Assembly: GCA_021399395.1 (NCBI GenBank)
Contig: JAAFKJ010000001.1
Span: 30,165 to 94,164, forward strand
Direction of reading: 5' to 3'
DNA: 64,000 bases
From: Candidatus Heimdallarchaeota archaeon
GTDB lineage: Archaea > Asgardarchaeota > Heimdallarchaeia > Heimdallarchaeales > Heimdallarchaeaceae
Every line of letters starts with the position of its first letter. Within the stretch, counting starts at the first letter, position 1. This document shows positions 20,213 to 30,278 of this stretch, piece after piece. The translations under genes and the position numbers were made by a program. The notes below the pieces were generated by a model. The model did no database searches and was not told the origin of the DNA. It saw nothing but the letters and a program-made list of their open reading frames with translations.

Positions 20213-21508
20213 ATGTCAGAAGAATATGATTTCGATGTTGCAATCATAGGAGCTGGTCCAGCAGGTATTGCAGCAGCTTTAACACTAGCAAGAGCTGGTA
20301 TAGAAACTGTTGTTCTTGAAAGAGGTCAATATCCTGGTTCAAAGAACGTTAGTGGAGCCGCACTTTATGGTCCTGTATTGCATAAATTAGTCCCAAATTA
20401 CTGGGAAGATGACAAATCATTTGAAAGATATCTAACAACAAAAAAAATTACTCTTCTTTCTGAAACACGTTCAGTTACAATTGATGCTGATCTGAGGAAT
20501 TTTGCTCAAACCCCATACAATGGTGTAACTGTCATAAGACCAAAATTCGACAGATGGTTAGCTGAAAAAGCAGAAGAAGCAGGTGCAATGATTCTTCCAG
20601 ATACAATGGTTGAGGATTTGGTTTGGAAAGATAAACAAGTTGTTGGAGTTAAATCAGGTGATGAGGAACTTAAAGCTAAATTGATAATTATTGCTGAAGG
20701 AGCTAATAACCTCTTAGTTGAAAAAGCTAATTTAATGAAAAAACCCAAAGCCAAACATTATGCCTTAGGTATGAAGGAGACCTATGAATTATCAAAAGGT
20801 AAAATCGAAGAGAGATTTCATCTAGATGAGAACGAAGGTATAAGTAACGAAATTCTTGGTCATACTAAAGGTATTCCAGGTGGAGGTTTCTACTATACTA
20901 ATAAAGAAACTGTCTCTTTCGGTTTGATACTCAACATGGATGTCTTAGCTAAGAAAAAACTTGAAGCACCAGCTGTTTTTGAAGAATTTAAAAACCATTC
21001 ATATATCAGGAAACTTCTCAAAGATGCAAAAATGATTGAATACTCTGCCCACATCATTCTAGAAGGCGGATTTAAATATATGCCAAAATTATTCGGTAAT
21101 GGAGTATTAGTTGTTGGTGATGCCGCGGGTATGACTCTTAATGCAGGTCTTTACATAGAAGGAATAAATTTTGCCCTACAATCTGGAATAGTTGCTGCTG
21201 AATCAGCAATTGACATTCTTAAATCTAATACATACACCAAACGAAGCACAAAGATTTATAAGAAGAATCTAAAGAAAAGCTTTGTTTACAAAGATTTGAA
21301 GACATTTAGAAGAGCAGGTCATTTTCTAGAAAATGAGCACATGTATACAACTGCCCCAGATCTTGTTACTGTATTAATGGAAAAATTACTGAGAAATAAT
21401 GGACAACCAAGAAAAAGAATTGTTATGACAGCTATTTGGCACATACTCCGAAAAACACCTCTTTGGGCTATGTTCAAATTGTTAATAGGAGCGGTGAGAT
21501 CACTATGA
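20213..21508 (+). CDS. fixC: FixC-type ETF:quinone oxidoreductase flavoprotein
   Basis: ERGQYPGSKNVSG, RPKFDRWLA, EYSAHII and VGDAAG. Confidence 0.92.
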   Translation: MSEEYDFDVAIIGAGPAGIAAALTLARAGIETVVLERGQYPGSKNVSGAALYGPVLHKLVPNYWEDDKSFERYLTTKKITLLSETRSVTIDADLRNFAQTPYNGVTVIRPKFDRWLAEKAEEAGAMILPDTMVEDLVWKDKQVVGVKSGDEELKAKLIIIAEGANNLLVEKANLMKKPKAKHYALGMKETYELSKGKIEERFHLDENEGISNEILGHTKGIPGGGFYYTNKETVSFGLILNMDVLAKKKLEAPAVFEEFKNHSYIRKLLKDAKMIEYSAHIILEGGFKYMPKLFGNGVLVVGDAAGMTLNAGLYIEGINFALQSGIVAAESAIDILKSNTYTKRSTKIYKKNLKKSFVYKDLKTFRRAGHFLENEHMYTTAPDLVTVLMEKLLRNNGQPRKRIVMTAIWHILRKTPLWAMFKLLIGAVRSL

Positions 21509-21816
21509 GTAAAGCAAAACAATCCAAATCTATAGAAGAGAAATTAGATCTAACAAAGTTTACATCAGATCAAAATTATGCACACATAACTATCAATCCA
21601 GAAATATGTAAATCAAAATGTACAACATACCAATGTGTATACGGATGTCCAGCTAGTTGCTACAAATTTACCGAAGGTGACGAAGCAGAAGGACCAGTTT
21701 CTTTTGATTATATTTCTTGTCTTGAGTGTGGTACTTGTAAACTTGTCTGTCCCCATGAGAGTGTTGATTGGCATTATCCTAAAGGTGGATTTGGCGTAGA
21801 GTTCAAACATAGTTAA
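21505..21816 (+). CDS. fixX: FixX ferredoxin-like protein
   Basis: CPASCY, CLECGTC..VCP and YPKGGFGV; ATGA overlap with fixC. Confidence 0.92.
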   Translation: MSKAKQSKSIEEKLDLTKFTSDQNYAHITINPEICKSKCTTYQCVYGCPASCYKFTEGDEAEGPVSFDYISCLECGTCKLVCPHESVDWHYPKGGFGVEFKHS

Positions 21817-21886
21817 TGCTATTATTCTTTCTTTTTTTCCATCCTTAAATATTCAAAAATATCCATTTTCTCAACGAATCCTATAA

Positions 21887-23134
21887 GTGATGAATATGAA
21901 GGTTGAGAAGATTCAAGCAAAAACTCTTGTTAGAACAAGTAATAGAAGCCCTCACCATATCCACATGAATCTCTATCAAGGTTGTTATCACAATTGTGCT
22001 TATTGTAATGGAACTTCAGATAACTATCATATGCATGATGATTTTGGTGTGACCATTAAGGCAAAAATCAATGCACCTGAACTATTCGAAGAATATCTTG
22101 TTAAGAAAGGATTAGTCCCTTTCAACAGAAACGGAACAACAACCTTGGATGAATTTATTGAATCCAAGAACAACTCTCTAACTAAGTATCAGACACCAAA
22201 ATTCTTACTCAGCCTATTTGGCAATGTATGTGACATCTACCAACCAGCTGAAGAGGAACTGCAGCTTACGAGACAATTATTGCTAATAGCCTACGATTAT
22301 GGAATACCAGTTAGGTTGCTGACAAAGAGCGATTTAGCCTTAAGAGATCTTGATATCATCAAGAAGATACATGAAACCTCTTTTGCTCGTGTTGCTTTCA
22401 CTGTTACTCTCATGAACGAAAATGATCAAAAAAATATCGAACCAAATGCTAGCTCTACTTTTTCAAGAATTCAAGCAATCAAAGAATTTCGGAATGCAAG
22501 CATACCTTCTGGAGCATATATTACCCCAGTTATTCCTTTCATAGGTGACACTGAGGAAAATCTTGAAAATATTTTTGCTGAACTACACAGAGTCAATGCA
22601 GAATTTGTCATAACAGGCGGTCTAACCCTTAAACCCCGAAGAAATAAAGATGTTTTTATGCAAGTTATTCACGAAAACTATCCCTCCATCTTTAACAAAA
22701 TGCTTGAACTTTATTCTAACAATATCTCATACGGACAACCTGATCCTGAAATTGCACACAATTATCAACTTCTCAAACCTGTTTCAGAAGGTTATCATCT
22801 TGCAAAAAAGCATAGAATAAACTTTTTTGAACCGAGATACATTCCAAATGTTAAATTCCGAAAGAATCTAGAAACAGCAACTTATCTGGCAAGAATAGGT
22901 TTTCTCATGAGAGAAGTGTTCTTTGAAAGAATATCAATAGCTCATCAATTCCGACAAGCTGCAGCTGAACTAGAGTGTCTGGAATCAGATATTTTAAAGA
23001 TGTCAGATTCACAATTACAGAAACTGCCCATATCTCAAGCTGTTATCCCAACTATTAGGGAGATATTGGTTGAGGGAAAAAGTACATATCTTGAAGACAA
23101 AGGAGATTTTGGTGAACTTTTGTATAGCAAATAA
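21887..23134 (+). CDS. Radical SAM protein (SplB/Rv2578c-like, putative DNA repair)
   Basis: GCYHNCAYC, DIYQPAE, LTKSDL.LRD and EPNAS; helical C-terminal extension. Confidence 0.85.
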   Translation: MMNMKVEKIQAKTLVRTSNRSPHHIHMNLYQGCYHNCAYCNGTSDNYHMHDDFGVTIKAKINAPELFEEYLVKKGLVPFNRNGTTTLDEFIESKNNSLTKYQTPKFLLSLFGNVCDIYQPAEEELQLTRQLLLIAYDYGIPVRLLTKSDLALRDLDIIKKIHETSFARVAFTVTLMNENDQKNIEPNASSTFSRIQAIKEFRNASIPSGAYITPVIPFIGDTEENLENIFAELHRVNAEFVITGGLTLKPRRNKDVFMQVIHENYPSIFNKMLELYSNNISYGQPDPEIAHNYQLLKPVSEGYHLAKKHRINFFEPRYIPNVKFRKNLETATYLARIGFLMREVFFERISIAHQFRQAAAELECLESDILKMSDSQLQKLPISQAVIPTIREILVEGKSTYLEDKGDFGELLYSK

Positions 23135-23201
23135 CACCCTTACTTACTCAATCGGCCATTTCTTTGCGATAGATTTTTGAATAAAGATAATTTATACATT
23201 C

Positions 23202-24071
23202 TTGAGTTTAATGAGCGGGATTGAACAACTTAAAGAAATTATTCCAGATGTTATTGCAGGTTTTGTTCGTTATGCTGATTTTAGCATGATACCTGAAATT
23301 TCTCCTCTTAAAAATAAAAATACACTCTTGCCTATACTTAAACGTATGAAAGAAGGAGGAGCTAATGGATGTTTATTCTATCTTTATGATGAAGATATGG
23401 CTCAATTTCTAAATACCGTAAATGCAGAAATCAAAGACTTTCCCATTATGATTGTAGTTCGTTCTGCAGAAATAGGAAAAACCACTACTTTATTGCAAAA
23501 CTTAGAATTCAAACCACTTGTTATTTTCTTAGATTATGCTATTGCAGATCAAAGAGATAATGAGATTGTTAACAAGTACTTACACACTTTAGCAAAATAT
23601 ACCGAACATTTTGGTCTTTTCAGTATAGAACCTATTGGAACAGTGTCTTTTTTCATTACGCAGAATCCACTTATCAACATCTATCTAATTCCCTTCAACA
23701 TGTTAGGATTTGGTGTTCAAAACAGAAGTTTGCTTGAAATGATTGTAAACTCATCAGAGAATGTCTACTTGACAATGAATCCTCTTGCTCAAGGTAGAAT
23801 TAAACCAAGACAAGCCTTCGATTATATAACTACTCATAAAATCCATGGATCGATGGTTGAGATTGCAAATGTAGATATTAATTTAGAAGCAATCAAGTTT
23901 GCAAAATACTTCTTCGAAACACATGATTTCTTACAAATAGCTTTAGAGTTTGAGGATCACGCAGAAGTATGTGAAAACTGTGGGATAGGTATGTATAGAT
24001 ATTTTCCACCTTCTGGTGGTAGTGGGTTCTACTGCCCTCAGTGTCAAGCAACAAGAAATCTACCAAAATAA
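23202..24071 (+). CDS. Hypothetical protein: degenerate AKR-like barrel plus C-terminal zinc ribbon
   Basis: IPFNMLGF...MNPLAQGRI..RQAFDY; CENC..CPQC at C-terminus. Confidence 0.6.
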   Translation: MSLMSGIEQLKEIIPDVIAGFVRYADFSMIPEISPLKNKNTLLPILKRMKEGGANGCLFYLYDEDMAQFLNTVNAEIKDFPIMIVVRSAEIGKTTTLLQNLEFKPLVIFLDYAIADQRDNEIVNKYLHTLAKYTEHFGLFSIEPIGTVSFFITQNPLINIYLIPFNMLGFGVQNRSLLEMIVNSSENVYLTMNPLAQGRIKPRQAFDYITTHKIHGSMVEIANVDINLEAIKFAKYFFETHDFLQIALEFEDHAEVCENCGIGMYRYFPPSGGSGFYCPQCQATRNLPK

Positions 24072-24082
24072 TTATCTAACGG

Positions 24083-24655
24083 GTGAGTAAGATGAAATCA
24101 TGTCCTTTCTGTGAAAGGTCTATTCCAGAAATTTCTGTTTTTTGTGCTTATTGTGGTAAAAAGGTTAAAGATATTGAAGTAAGCGAATCAAAACAATCTA
24201 ATTTTGAATCAGGCTTTCAAAAATCTTTGAAGAAAATGAAGAAGCAAGTATCAACCTTTGTTTCAGGTTTAAACACCAAAGTTGAGAATTCTGAATCTCT
24301 CTCTTTTGTTAATAAACAAAGGATTCTTGGCATTCTCAATCAGCTTCAGATTCAAGACCAAAGAGAACTAAGTGAAGATAAAGAAGAACTAGCTATTTGG
24401 GTTGAGAAAGTAGAAGAAGCTATATCAGGAGACAAATGCATTATTTGCTTGCAAGAATTCGAAGTTAAAGAAAATGAAGAGCTAAATGTTATTTTATGTC
24501 CTTCATGCAATTATGCTGGCCATCCAAACCATTTCATAACTTGGTTAGACACAAAAAACAACTGTCCTATGTGTAGAAGCGAGTTAACTAAAAAGAGCTT
24601 ATTACGTGGTCATTTAACAATCAAAGAAGAGCAATTGACTTTCATACAAGATTGA
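24083..24655 (+). CDS. Zinc-ribbon plus RING-finger protein (putative E3 ubiquitin ligase)
   Basis: N-terminal CPFC..CAYC; C-terminal CIIC-x16-CPSC-x4-HPNH..W..CPMC. Confidence 0.8.
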   Translation: MSKMKSCPFCERSIPEISVFCAYCGKKVKDIEVSESKQSNFESGFQKSLKKMKKQVSTFVSGLNTKVENSESLSFVNKQRILGILNQLQIQDQRELSEDKEELAIWVEKVEEAISGDKCIICLQEFEVKENEELNVILCPSCNYAGHPNHFITWLDTKNNCPMCRSELTKKSLLRGHLTIKEEQLTFIQD

Positions 24656-24669
24656 ACCTTCAAGAATTA

Positions 24670-25473
24670 TCATTGGGAGTTTTTCTTTTCTCTCATTTCC
24701 AATTTGTATTTTTTCAGGAGATTTTTATATTCTTCTGCTTTTTGTCCCGGATCATCAGAATAAACAATTGGACCTCCAACACAGATCATTGCATTGTCAT
24801 CAAAATTGTAAATTACACTTTTTACGATCAGGTGTTCGCTCCCATAAATAGGTGTTAAGGCAAGGATTTTCGATCCTATTGTTTCTTTCATTTTCCTAAC
24901 ATCTTTAACATCGATATGCTCTGCATTCCCTATCCAAAATCCATCTACTTGAGCTTTCTTACATCTCTCAGCGACATATAGATAGAGAGGTTGTTCACTT
25001 ATGGTAGCAATCTTATAGAACATAGATTCTGGATTCGATAACAAGGTAAGAACAATTATTCCTAGTTTTCTTTGTTGAGCAAGAAGTGATGCCTTAGCTA
25101 TATTAGCACTAAAAGGAGAAAATGTAAATGCATCAAAATTCTCTTCTTTGAACCAAAAAATCGCGGAATCATTTGAGGTGTCAATGTCACCTAGTTTATG
25201 GTCAATTATTGAAAGCATATTATTCTGGTGAATCAGAATATTGATTGATCTTATTTCATCAGATGTTAATCCGATTAAATATTGTCTATTAAGCTTGATT
25301 GCACAACTGTAAGGAGCAACATTTTTGATTATCCTTTTCATGAAATTAACTCTATCATCATCTAACATTACAGACCTTGAACGTTGAGATGGTAGAGCTG
25401 GATCTAAACTCACACAGAGCAAACTATCTTTGCTCTTAGAGATTGCAAGATATTGCTGGAGAAACTGTGACAT
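24670..25473 (-). CDS. OMP decarboxylase paralog with degenerate phosphate-binding site
   Basis: Clearly alignable with pyrF at 40988-41767; retains DHKLGDI but lacks PGVGAQ and GR motifs. Confidence 0.8.
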   Translation of the reverse strand: MSQFLQQYLAISKSKDSLLCVSLDPALPSQRSRSVMLDDDRVNFMKRIIKNVAPYSCAIKLNRQYLIGLTSDEIRSINILIHQNNMLSIIDHKLGDIDTSNDSAIFWFKEENFDAFTFSPFSANIAKASLLAQQRKLGIIVLTLLSNPESMFYKIATISEQPLYLYVAERCKKAQVDGFWIGNAEHIDVKDVRKMKETIGSKILALTPIYGSEHLIVKSVIYNFDDNAMICVGGPIVYSDDPGQKAEEYKNLLKKYKLEMREKKNSQ

Positions 25474-25543
25474 CTATTAATTCCCATGGAGTTCATAGGA
25501 ATCAACGTTTATAATTTTTATTTTTGTTTTCTCCATCATTTTT

Positions 25544-25559
25544 TTGCAGTGAAATGCAA
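25544..25559. promoter_or_regulatory. Palindromic TTGCA-N6-TGCAA candidate operator (copy 1)
   Basis: TTGCAGTGAAATGCAA between the divergent pyrF-like gene and pyrB. Confidence 0.65.
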
Positions 25560-25619
25560 TAAAAACCCCTTTTTTCCTAAGAAATCGCATGATTTATAAC
25601 TGAAAATTTCTTTACTGAA

Positions 25620-26552
25620 TTGGAAGATACGAGAATGAATCTCGAACACTTATTTACAATAAGAAGAATGTCCAAAAATCTTATGGAGGACATTTTCGAT
25701 TTAGCTTCTTCTATAGAAGAAAAACCGGATTCTTTTGCTGAAAAATGCAAAGGAAAAATACTAGCTGCTCTCTTTTTTGAACCAAGTACCAGAACAAGAT
25801 TATCCTTTGAAAGCGCTATGTTAAGACTTGGAGGACAAATTCTTGGGTTCTCAAGTGCAAAAGTAAGTAGTTCATCTAAAGGAGAGAGTATCGCTGATAC
25901 CTTTAGAATGTTAAATCACTACGCGCACATAGCAGTAATTCGGCATTACATCGAAGGGATTGGAGAGATTGCTAAGGAATTTGCTACAATCCCAATGATA
26001 TCTGGAGGTACAGGAACACAAGAACATCCGACTCAAGCACTGCTTGATCTTTATACCATAAGGAAGGAACTAGGAAAGGTAGACGATATAACGATTGGAA
26101 TCATGGGAGATTTACTCTATGGAAGAACAATACCCTCTCTTCTTTTTGGTTTAGCTAAATATGATAATGTGAAAGTTCATCTAATTTCTCCACCAGCACT
26201 ACATATACGTAAAAATGTAAAACTGCGCCTGGAAGAAAATGGTCTTGCTTTCAGAGTAACAGAAAATCACAAAGAAGTAATAGATGAACTAGATGTGCTG
26301 TATGTGACACGCTTACAGAAAGAACGATTTCCTGACCCAACAGATTATGAGAGACTAAAAGGAGCATATCAGATCCGTAAATCTGATTTGAGAAAAGCAA
26401 AAGATAGCATGATAATTTTGCACCCTCTTCCAAGAGTAAGTGAGATTCCTTTTGAATTGGATGAACTAAAATATGCTAAGTATTTTGACCAAGCAAAAAA
26501 TGGAGTATGGGTACGAATGGCTCTAATTCTTAAATATCTAGGAGTGGATTAA
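25620..26552 (+). CDS. pyrB: Aspartate carbamoyltransferase catalytic subunit
   Basis: FFEPSTRTRLSF, HPTQALLD and HPLPR. Confidence 0.97.
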   Translation: MEDTRMNLEHLFTIRRMSKNLMEDIFDLASSIEEKPDSFAEKCKGKILAALFFEPSTRTRLSFESAMLRLGGQILGFSSAKVSSSSKGESIADTFRMLNHYAHIAVIRHYIEGIGEIAKEFATIPMISGGTGTQEHPTQALLDLYTIRKELGKVDDITIGIMGDLLYGRTIPSLLFGLAKYDNVKVHLISPPALHIRKNVKLRLEENGLAFRVTENHKEVIDELDVLYVTRLQKERFPDPTDYERLKGAYQIRKSDLRKAKDSMIILHPLPRVSEIPFELDELKYAKYFDQAKNGVWVRMALILKYLGVD

Positions 26553-27023
26553 ATGAATGAAGATAAGAATAAATTGATTGTAAGAAAAATAGAGAATGGA
26601 ACAGTGATTGACAGAATTCCTCCAGGTAAAGCTTTGCGCATACTCGAGGTTTTAGGAATAGATGCAAATTACCCATATACAGTTGCACTCGCTATACGTG
26701 TTCTTTCCAAAAAAATGTCTCTTAAAGATGTAGTAAAAATCAAAGGTAAGGAATTAACAGAAAATGAAGTTCATAAGCTCTCATTTATTGCTCCAGGAGC
26801 ATCTGTAAATATCATTCAGAATTTCGAGGTTCAGAGAAAAATACAGTTAGAAATTCCTGACCATGTTGAAGAATTTATCAAGTGTCTTAATCCAAATTGT
26901 GTTTCTAATTCCCATGAACCCATAACCTCATCATTTGATATAATTTCTAAAAAACCTTTGATTCTTAGATGTATCTACTGTGATAGAGTTATGGAGGACA
27001 AATATCTAAGTGGAAAACTATAG
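26553..27023 (+). CDS. pyrI: Aspartate carbamoyltransferase regulatory subunit
   Basis: IENGTVID; zinc site CLNPNC...CIYC. Confidence 0.96.
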   Translation: MNEDKNKLIVRKIENGTVIDRIPPGKALRILEVLGIDANYPYTVALAIRVLSKKMSLKDVVKIKGKELTENEVHKLSFIAPGASVNIIQNFEVQRKIQLEIPDHVEEFIKCLNPNCVSNSHEPITSSFDIISKKPLILRCIYCDRVMEDKYLSGKL

Positions 27024-28271
27024 GTAGGTACCAATGTCTTTTCTGTAGAAAAGATTCCCTTTTATTTGTGTAATCTTCCTATCATTTTCAATTTTAGCAG
27101 ATTCCAGGTCATCTCCCTTTGTTACAAGAGCTATAGCTCTACTGGATGTTGTTCTGATGGTGCTTTTATCTCGATAAACTGAAGCATAAAAAATATCCTT
27201 ATTTATGGCTGGATCAACCTCCACCGGTTCCTCTTTTACAGGATTTTGTGGATATCCTTGAGGAACTAGATAAGTACATACGGTAGCTTGTTTCTGAAAC
27301 TCTGCTTTTGATAAATTCCCGTCTATTATTTGAGAAGCAATTTGCAGGAAATCAGTTTGTAATAATTTTAGAACATTTAGTGCTTCTGGGTCACCAAATC
27401 TTACATTATATTCAATTAAAAATATACTATCTTCCGTTTTCATAAATTGTCCATACAGAATCCCTTTGAATTTTTCACCTGTGTTCTGATTTAATGCTTT
27501 CAGGGTTTTCTTTATTATATTCAGCGCATCCTTGTAATCCTTCTTTGAAAGGAATGGTAAATTGTGATCAGGAAGACTATATGATCCCATGCTTCCAGTC
27601 AAGGGTCCTTCCTCATTCTCGTATGCTCTTTTATAATCTCTTACCAAAGGCATAGGTAGAATGTTTGAACCATCTGTAAAAACCTGTAAGGAGAATTCTT
27701 TACCCTTCTTCTTCTCTTCAATCAAGTATTCACCTTCGCGGTTAATTAAGGTTTTAACGTACTTTGTTGCTTCATGAATATTTGTTAAATGATCACCATA
27801 AACTTTTACACCCTTACCCCCAGTTAATCCATCGGGTTTGATGACAAAATCAGTTCCAAATTCATCTACAGCAACATCAAGATCCTCAACTGATTTACCA
27901 ATCATATAAGATACATTTCCAGGAACATTATAAATGTCCATCAAGTAACGAGTAAAAATCTTGCTACTTTCAATTTTTGCTACATTCTGTCGAGGACCAC
28001 ATGTTGGAATCCCTAGTTTATCTTCTAGATAATCAGTAATGCCATTTGCAAGAGGATTTTCAGGACCAATGATCGCAAAGTCTACATTTCTGTATTTCTT
28101 TAATTTCTCAAAATTATTTAGATCTCCAATACTAAATTTTTTTGATAAATCTGCAATACCAGGATTCTCTCTAGACATATATGAAAAAAGTTTGGCATCA
28201 TTCTCTACAATCTTCATTGCAATGGAGTGTTCTCTTGCCCCATTTCCTACAAGTAATACTTTTAACCCCAT
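27018..28271 (-). CDS. purD: Phosphoribosylamine-glycine ligase
   Basis: VGNGAREH, IGPENPL, GGKGV and EYNVRFGDPE. Confidence 0.96.
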   Translation of the reverse strand: MGLKVLLVGNGAREHSIAMKIVENDAKLFSYMSRENPGIADLSKKFSIGDLNNFEKLKKYRNVDFAIIGPENPLANGITDYLEDKLGIPTCGPRQNVAKIESSKIFTRYLMDIYNVPGNVSYMIGKSVEDLDVAVDEFGTDFVIKPDGLTGGKGVKVYGDHLTNIHEATKYVKTLINREGEYLIEEKKKGKEFSLQVFTDGSNILPMPLVRDYKRAYENEEGPLTGSMGSYSLPDHNLPFLSKKDYKDALNIIKKTLKALNQNTGEKFKGILYGQFMKTEDSIFLIEYNVRFGDPEALNVLKLLQTDFLQIASQIIDGNLSKAEFQKQATVCTYLVPQGYPQNPVKEEPVEVDPAINKDIFYASVYRDKSTIRTTSSRAIALVTKGDDLESAKIENDRKITQIKGNLFYRKDIGTYL

Positions 28272-28273
28272 GT

Positions 28274-29671
28274 TTAGACCTCTTCATAGTGGCTTCTGCT
28301 TACTAATTCTCCATTCAAGTATCTTATCCGTATTTCTTGTGCATGTTCAGTAGGATAACTACCTGAAAGACATGCAGTACATAAGTCAGAAAATCCGATA
28401 GATTTTTTCAAAGATTCAATGTTTTGATAGTATAATTCATCCACATCCAGAATTTGTTTCATTTCTTCAATTTTGTATCCGGAAGCGATCAGTTCATCAT
28501 CAGTAGGAAAATCAATTCCATAATAACAGGCAAATCTAATAGCAGGACAAGTGACAGCTAGATAGATCTTTTTTGCACCTAGTTTTCTAAGGTCCTTAAT
28601 GATTTTCTGGCTTGTTAATCCTCTTACAATGGAATCATCTACAACAAGGATATTTCTATCTTTAATGAAAGTTGGAGTGTAGAGATATTTTCTCTTAGCT
28701 ACGCTTGTTCTCTCTTCCTTACTTTTCATAATGAAAGTTCTCTGAAGATATCTGTTTTTGATAATTGCTTCTCTAACCGGGATGTTGAGAACCTCTGATA
28801 GACCTTGGCTTGCAGGTCTAGATGTATCTGGAACAGGTACAATGAAATCAATTTCAAGTTCAGATTTCTGAATTCTATGTCCTAACTCTCTACCAAGTTC
28901 TAACCTTACATCATACACTAACCTCTGTTCAATATATGAACATGGATGTGCAAAATAAACAAACTCAAACATACAATGAGCATGATCACGTTGAACTATA
29001 CTGGTATGTTTAACATCGTTTTTATTGATAAAAACTAATTCACCAGGTTTAACATCTTCGAATTTCTCTATTCCTAAATTTTGAAGAACGACGCTTTCTG
29101 ATGTAACTAGAGACACATTTTCAAACTTCCCCATTACTAGAGGTCTCAAACCTCTTGGATCTCTAAATGCAAACAATTGATCATTAAGAATACCAATAAT
29201 TGAATAACTTCCATCTATTGATTCCATAAATGCTCTTACTGCCGCTTCAATATCTCCTTTCATTTTATTAATTTGCATCCCTAAGAAATCAACAACAAAT
29301 CTAGCATCTGATTCGTATGATTGTTGTGTTAGAGAGGAGAGATTGGTAACATTTCCATTATGTACAATCGACAAGCTTCCAGATTCTGTTTCAAATGAGA
29401 ATGGTTGTGCATATGTTTCTATATTGGAACTATCGGTTCTTGTACCAAAAGTAGGATATCGTGTTGCACCAAGTAGAGATCTAGTTTCTATTTTCTCATC
29501 TATTTCAAGTAAATCGGGATAACTATCTGATTTAGAAGTAATCAGACTAGCTGTGGATTCATCATACCAAGCTAAACCACTGGCATCCTGACCTCTGTGT
29601 GTGAGCATCTGAAGCAGTATTCGGCCTTGTCCCAAGGTTGTTAATCCTTTGATTCCTAAAACTCCACACAT
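28274..29671 (-). CDS. purF: Amidophosphoribosyltransferase
   Basis: N-terminal MCG, HRGQD, HNGN and VDDSIVRG; Fe-S cysteines (CMFE, CYYG, CTAC). Confidence 0.96.
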   Translation of the reverse strand: MCGVLGIKGLTTLGQGRILLQMLTHRGQDASGLAWYDESTASLITSKSDSYPDLLEIDEKIETRSLLGATRYPTFGTRTDSSNIETYAQPFSFETESGSLSIVHNGNVTNLSSLTQQSYESDARFVVDFLGMQINKMKGDIEAAVRAFMESIDGSYSIIGILNDQLFAFRDPRGLRPLVMGKFENVSLVTSESVVLQNLGIEKFEDVKPGELVFINKNDVKHTSIVQRDHAHCMFEFVYFAHPCSYIEQRLVYDVRLELGRELGHRIQKSELEIDFIVPVPDTSRPASQGLSEVLNIPVREAIIKNRYLQRTFIMKSKEERTSVAKRKYLYTPTFIKDRNILVVDDSIVRGLTSQKIIKDLRKLGAKKIYLAVTCPAIRFACYYGIDFPTDDELIASGYKIEEMKQILDVDELYYQNIESLKKSIGFSDLCTACLSGSYPTEHAQEIRIRYLNGELVSRSHYEEV

Positions 29672-30277
29672 TTATTCCACTATCCTAGCTTTATTACTAT
29701 ATACCTGTATTTTCCCTAAAGAGAAGAGTGAAATTGCTTTAGGTAGTAACACATGTTCTTCTCTCAAAATCCTATCAGCAAGTTCTTTCTCTGAATCCTC
29801 ACTGTATACCTCAACACATTTCTGCAGAATAATGGGTCCTTCATCAACTGTTTCAGTTACAATATGAACAGTACAGCCTGAGATTTTCACACCAAAGTCT
29901 AATGCTTGTTTTTGCGCTTTTAGCCCAGGAAAAGAAGGAAGTAGGGAGGGATGTATATTGATGATTTTGTTCTTATACTTAGATATAAAATTCGAGGATA
30001 AGATCTGCATGAATCCTGCGAGAACTATGAACTCAATTTTATTGTGTTCAAGTATTTCTAAAATTTCGCTCTCTTGTTCACAATAATCAAGATTCTTTTT
30101 ATCGACAATAGCTGTTTGTTTGTGACTTCTTTGAGCAATTTCTAATCCTTTTGCTTCAGGATTGTTTGATAGTACTAAAACAATTTTAGTTTTCCCCAAG
30201 CTCTTCTCTTCTTCTGCTTTCAGAATAGCTTCAAGGTTTGTTCCTCTTCCAGATATTAAAACAGCTGTTCTCATCAT
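29672..30277 (-). CDS. purN: Phosphoribosylglycinamide formyltransferase
   Basis: SGRGTNL, INIHPSLLP and VDEGPII. Confidence 0.96.
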   Translation of the reverse strand: MMRTAVLISGRGTNLEAILKAEEEKSLGKTKIVLVLSNNPEAKGLEIAQRSHKQTAIVDKKNLDYCEQESEILEILEHNKIEFIVLAGFMQILSSNFISKYKNKIINIHPSLLPSFPGLKAQKQALDFGVKISGCTVHIVTETVDEGPIILQKCVEVYSEDSEKELADRILREEHVLLPKAISLFSLGKIQVYSNKARIVE

Positions 30278-30278
30278 C

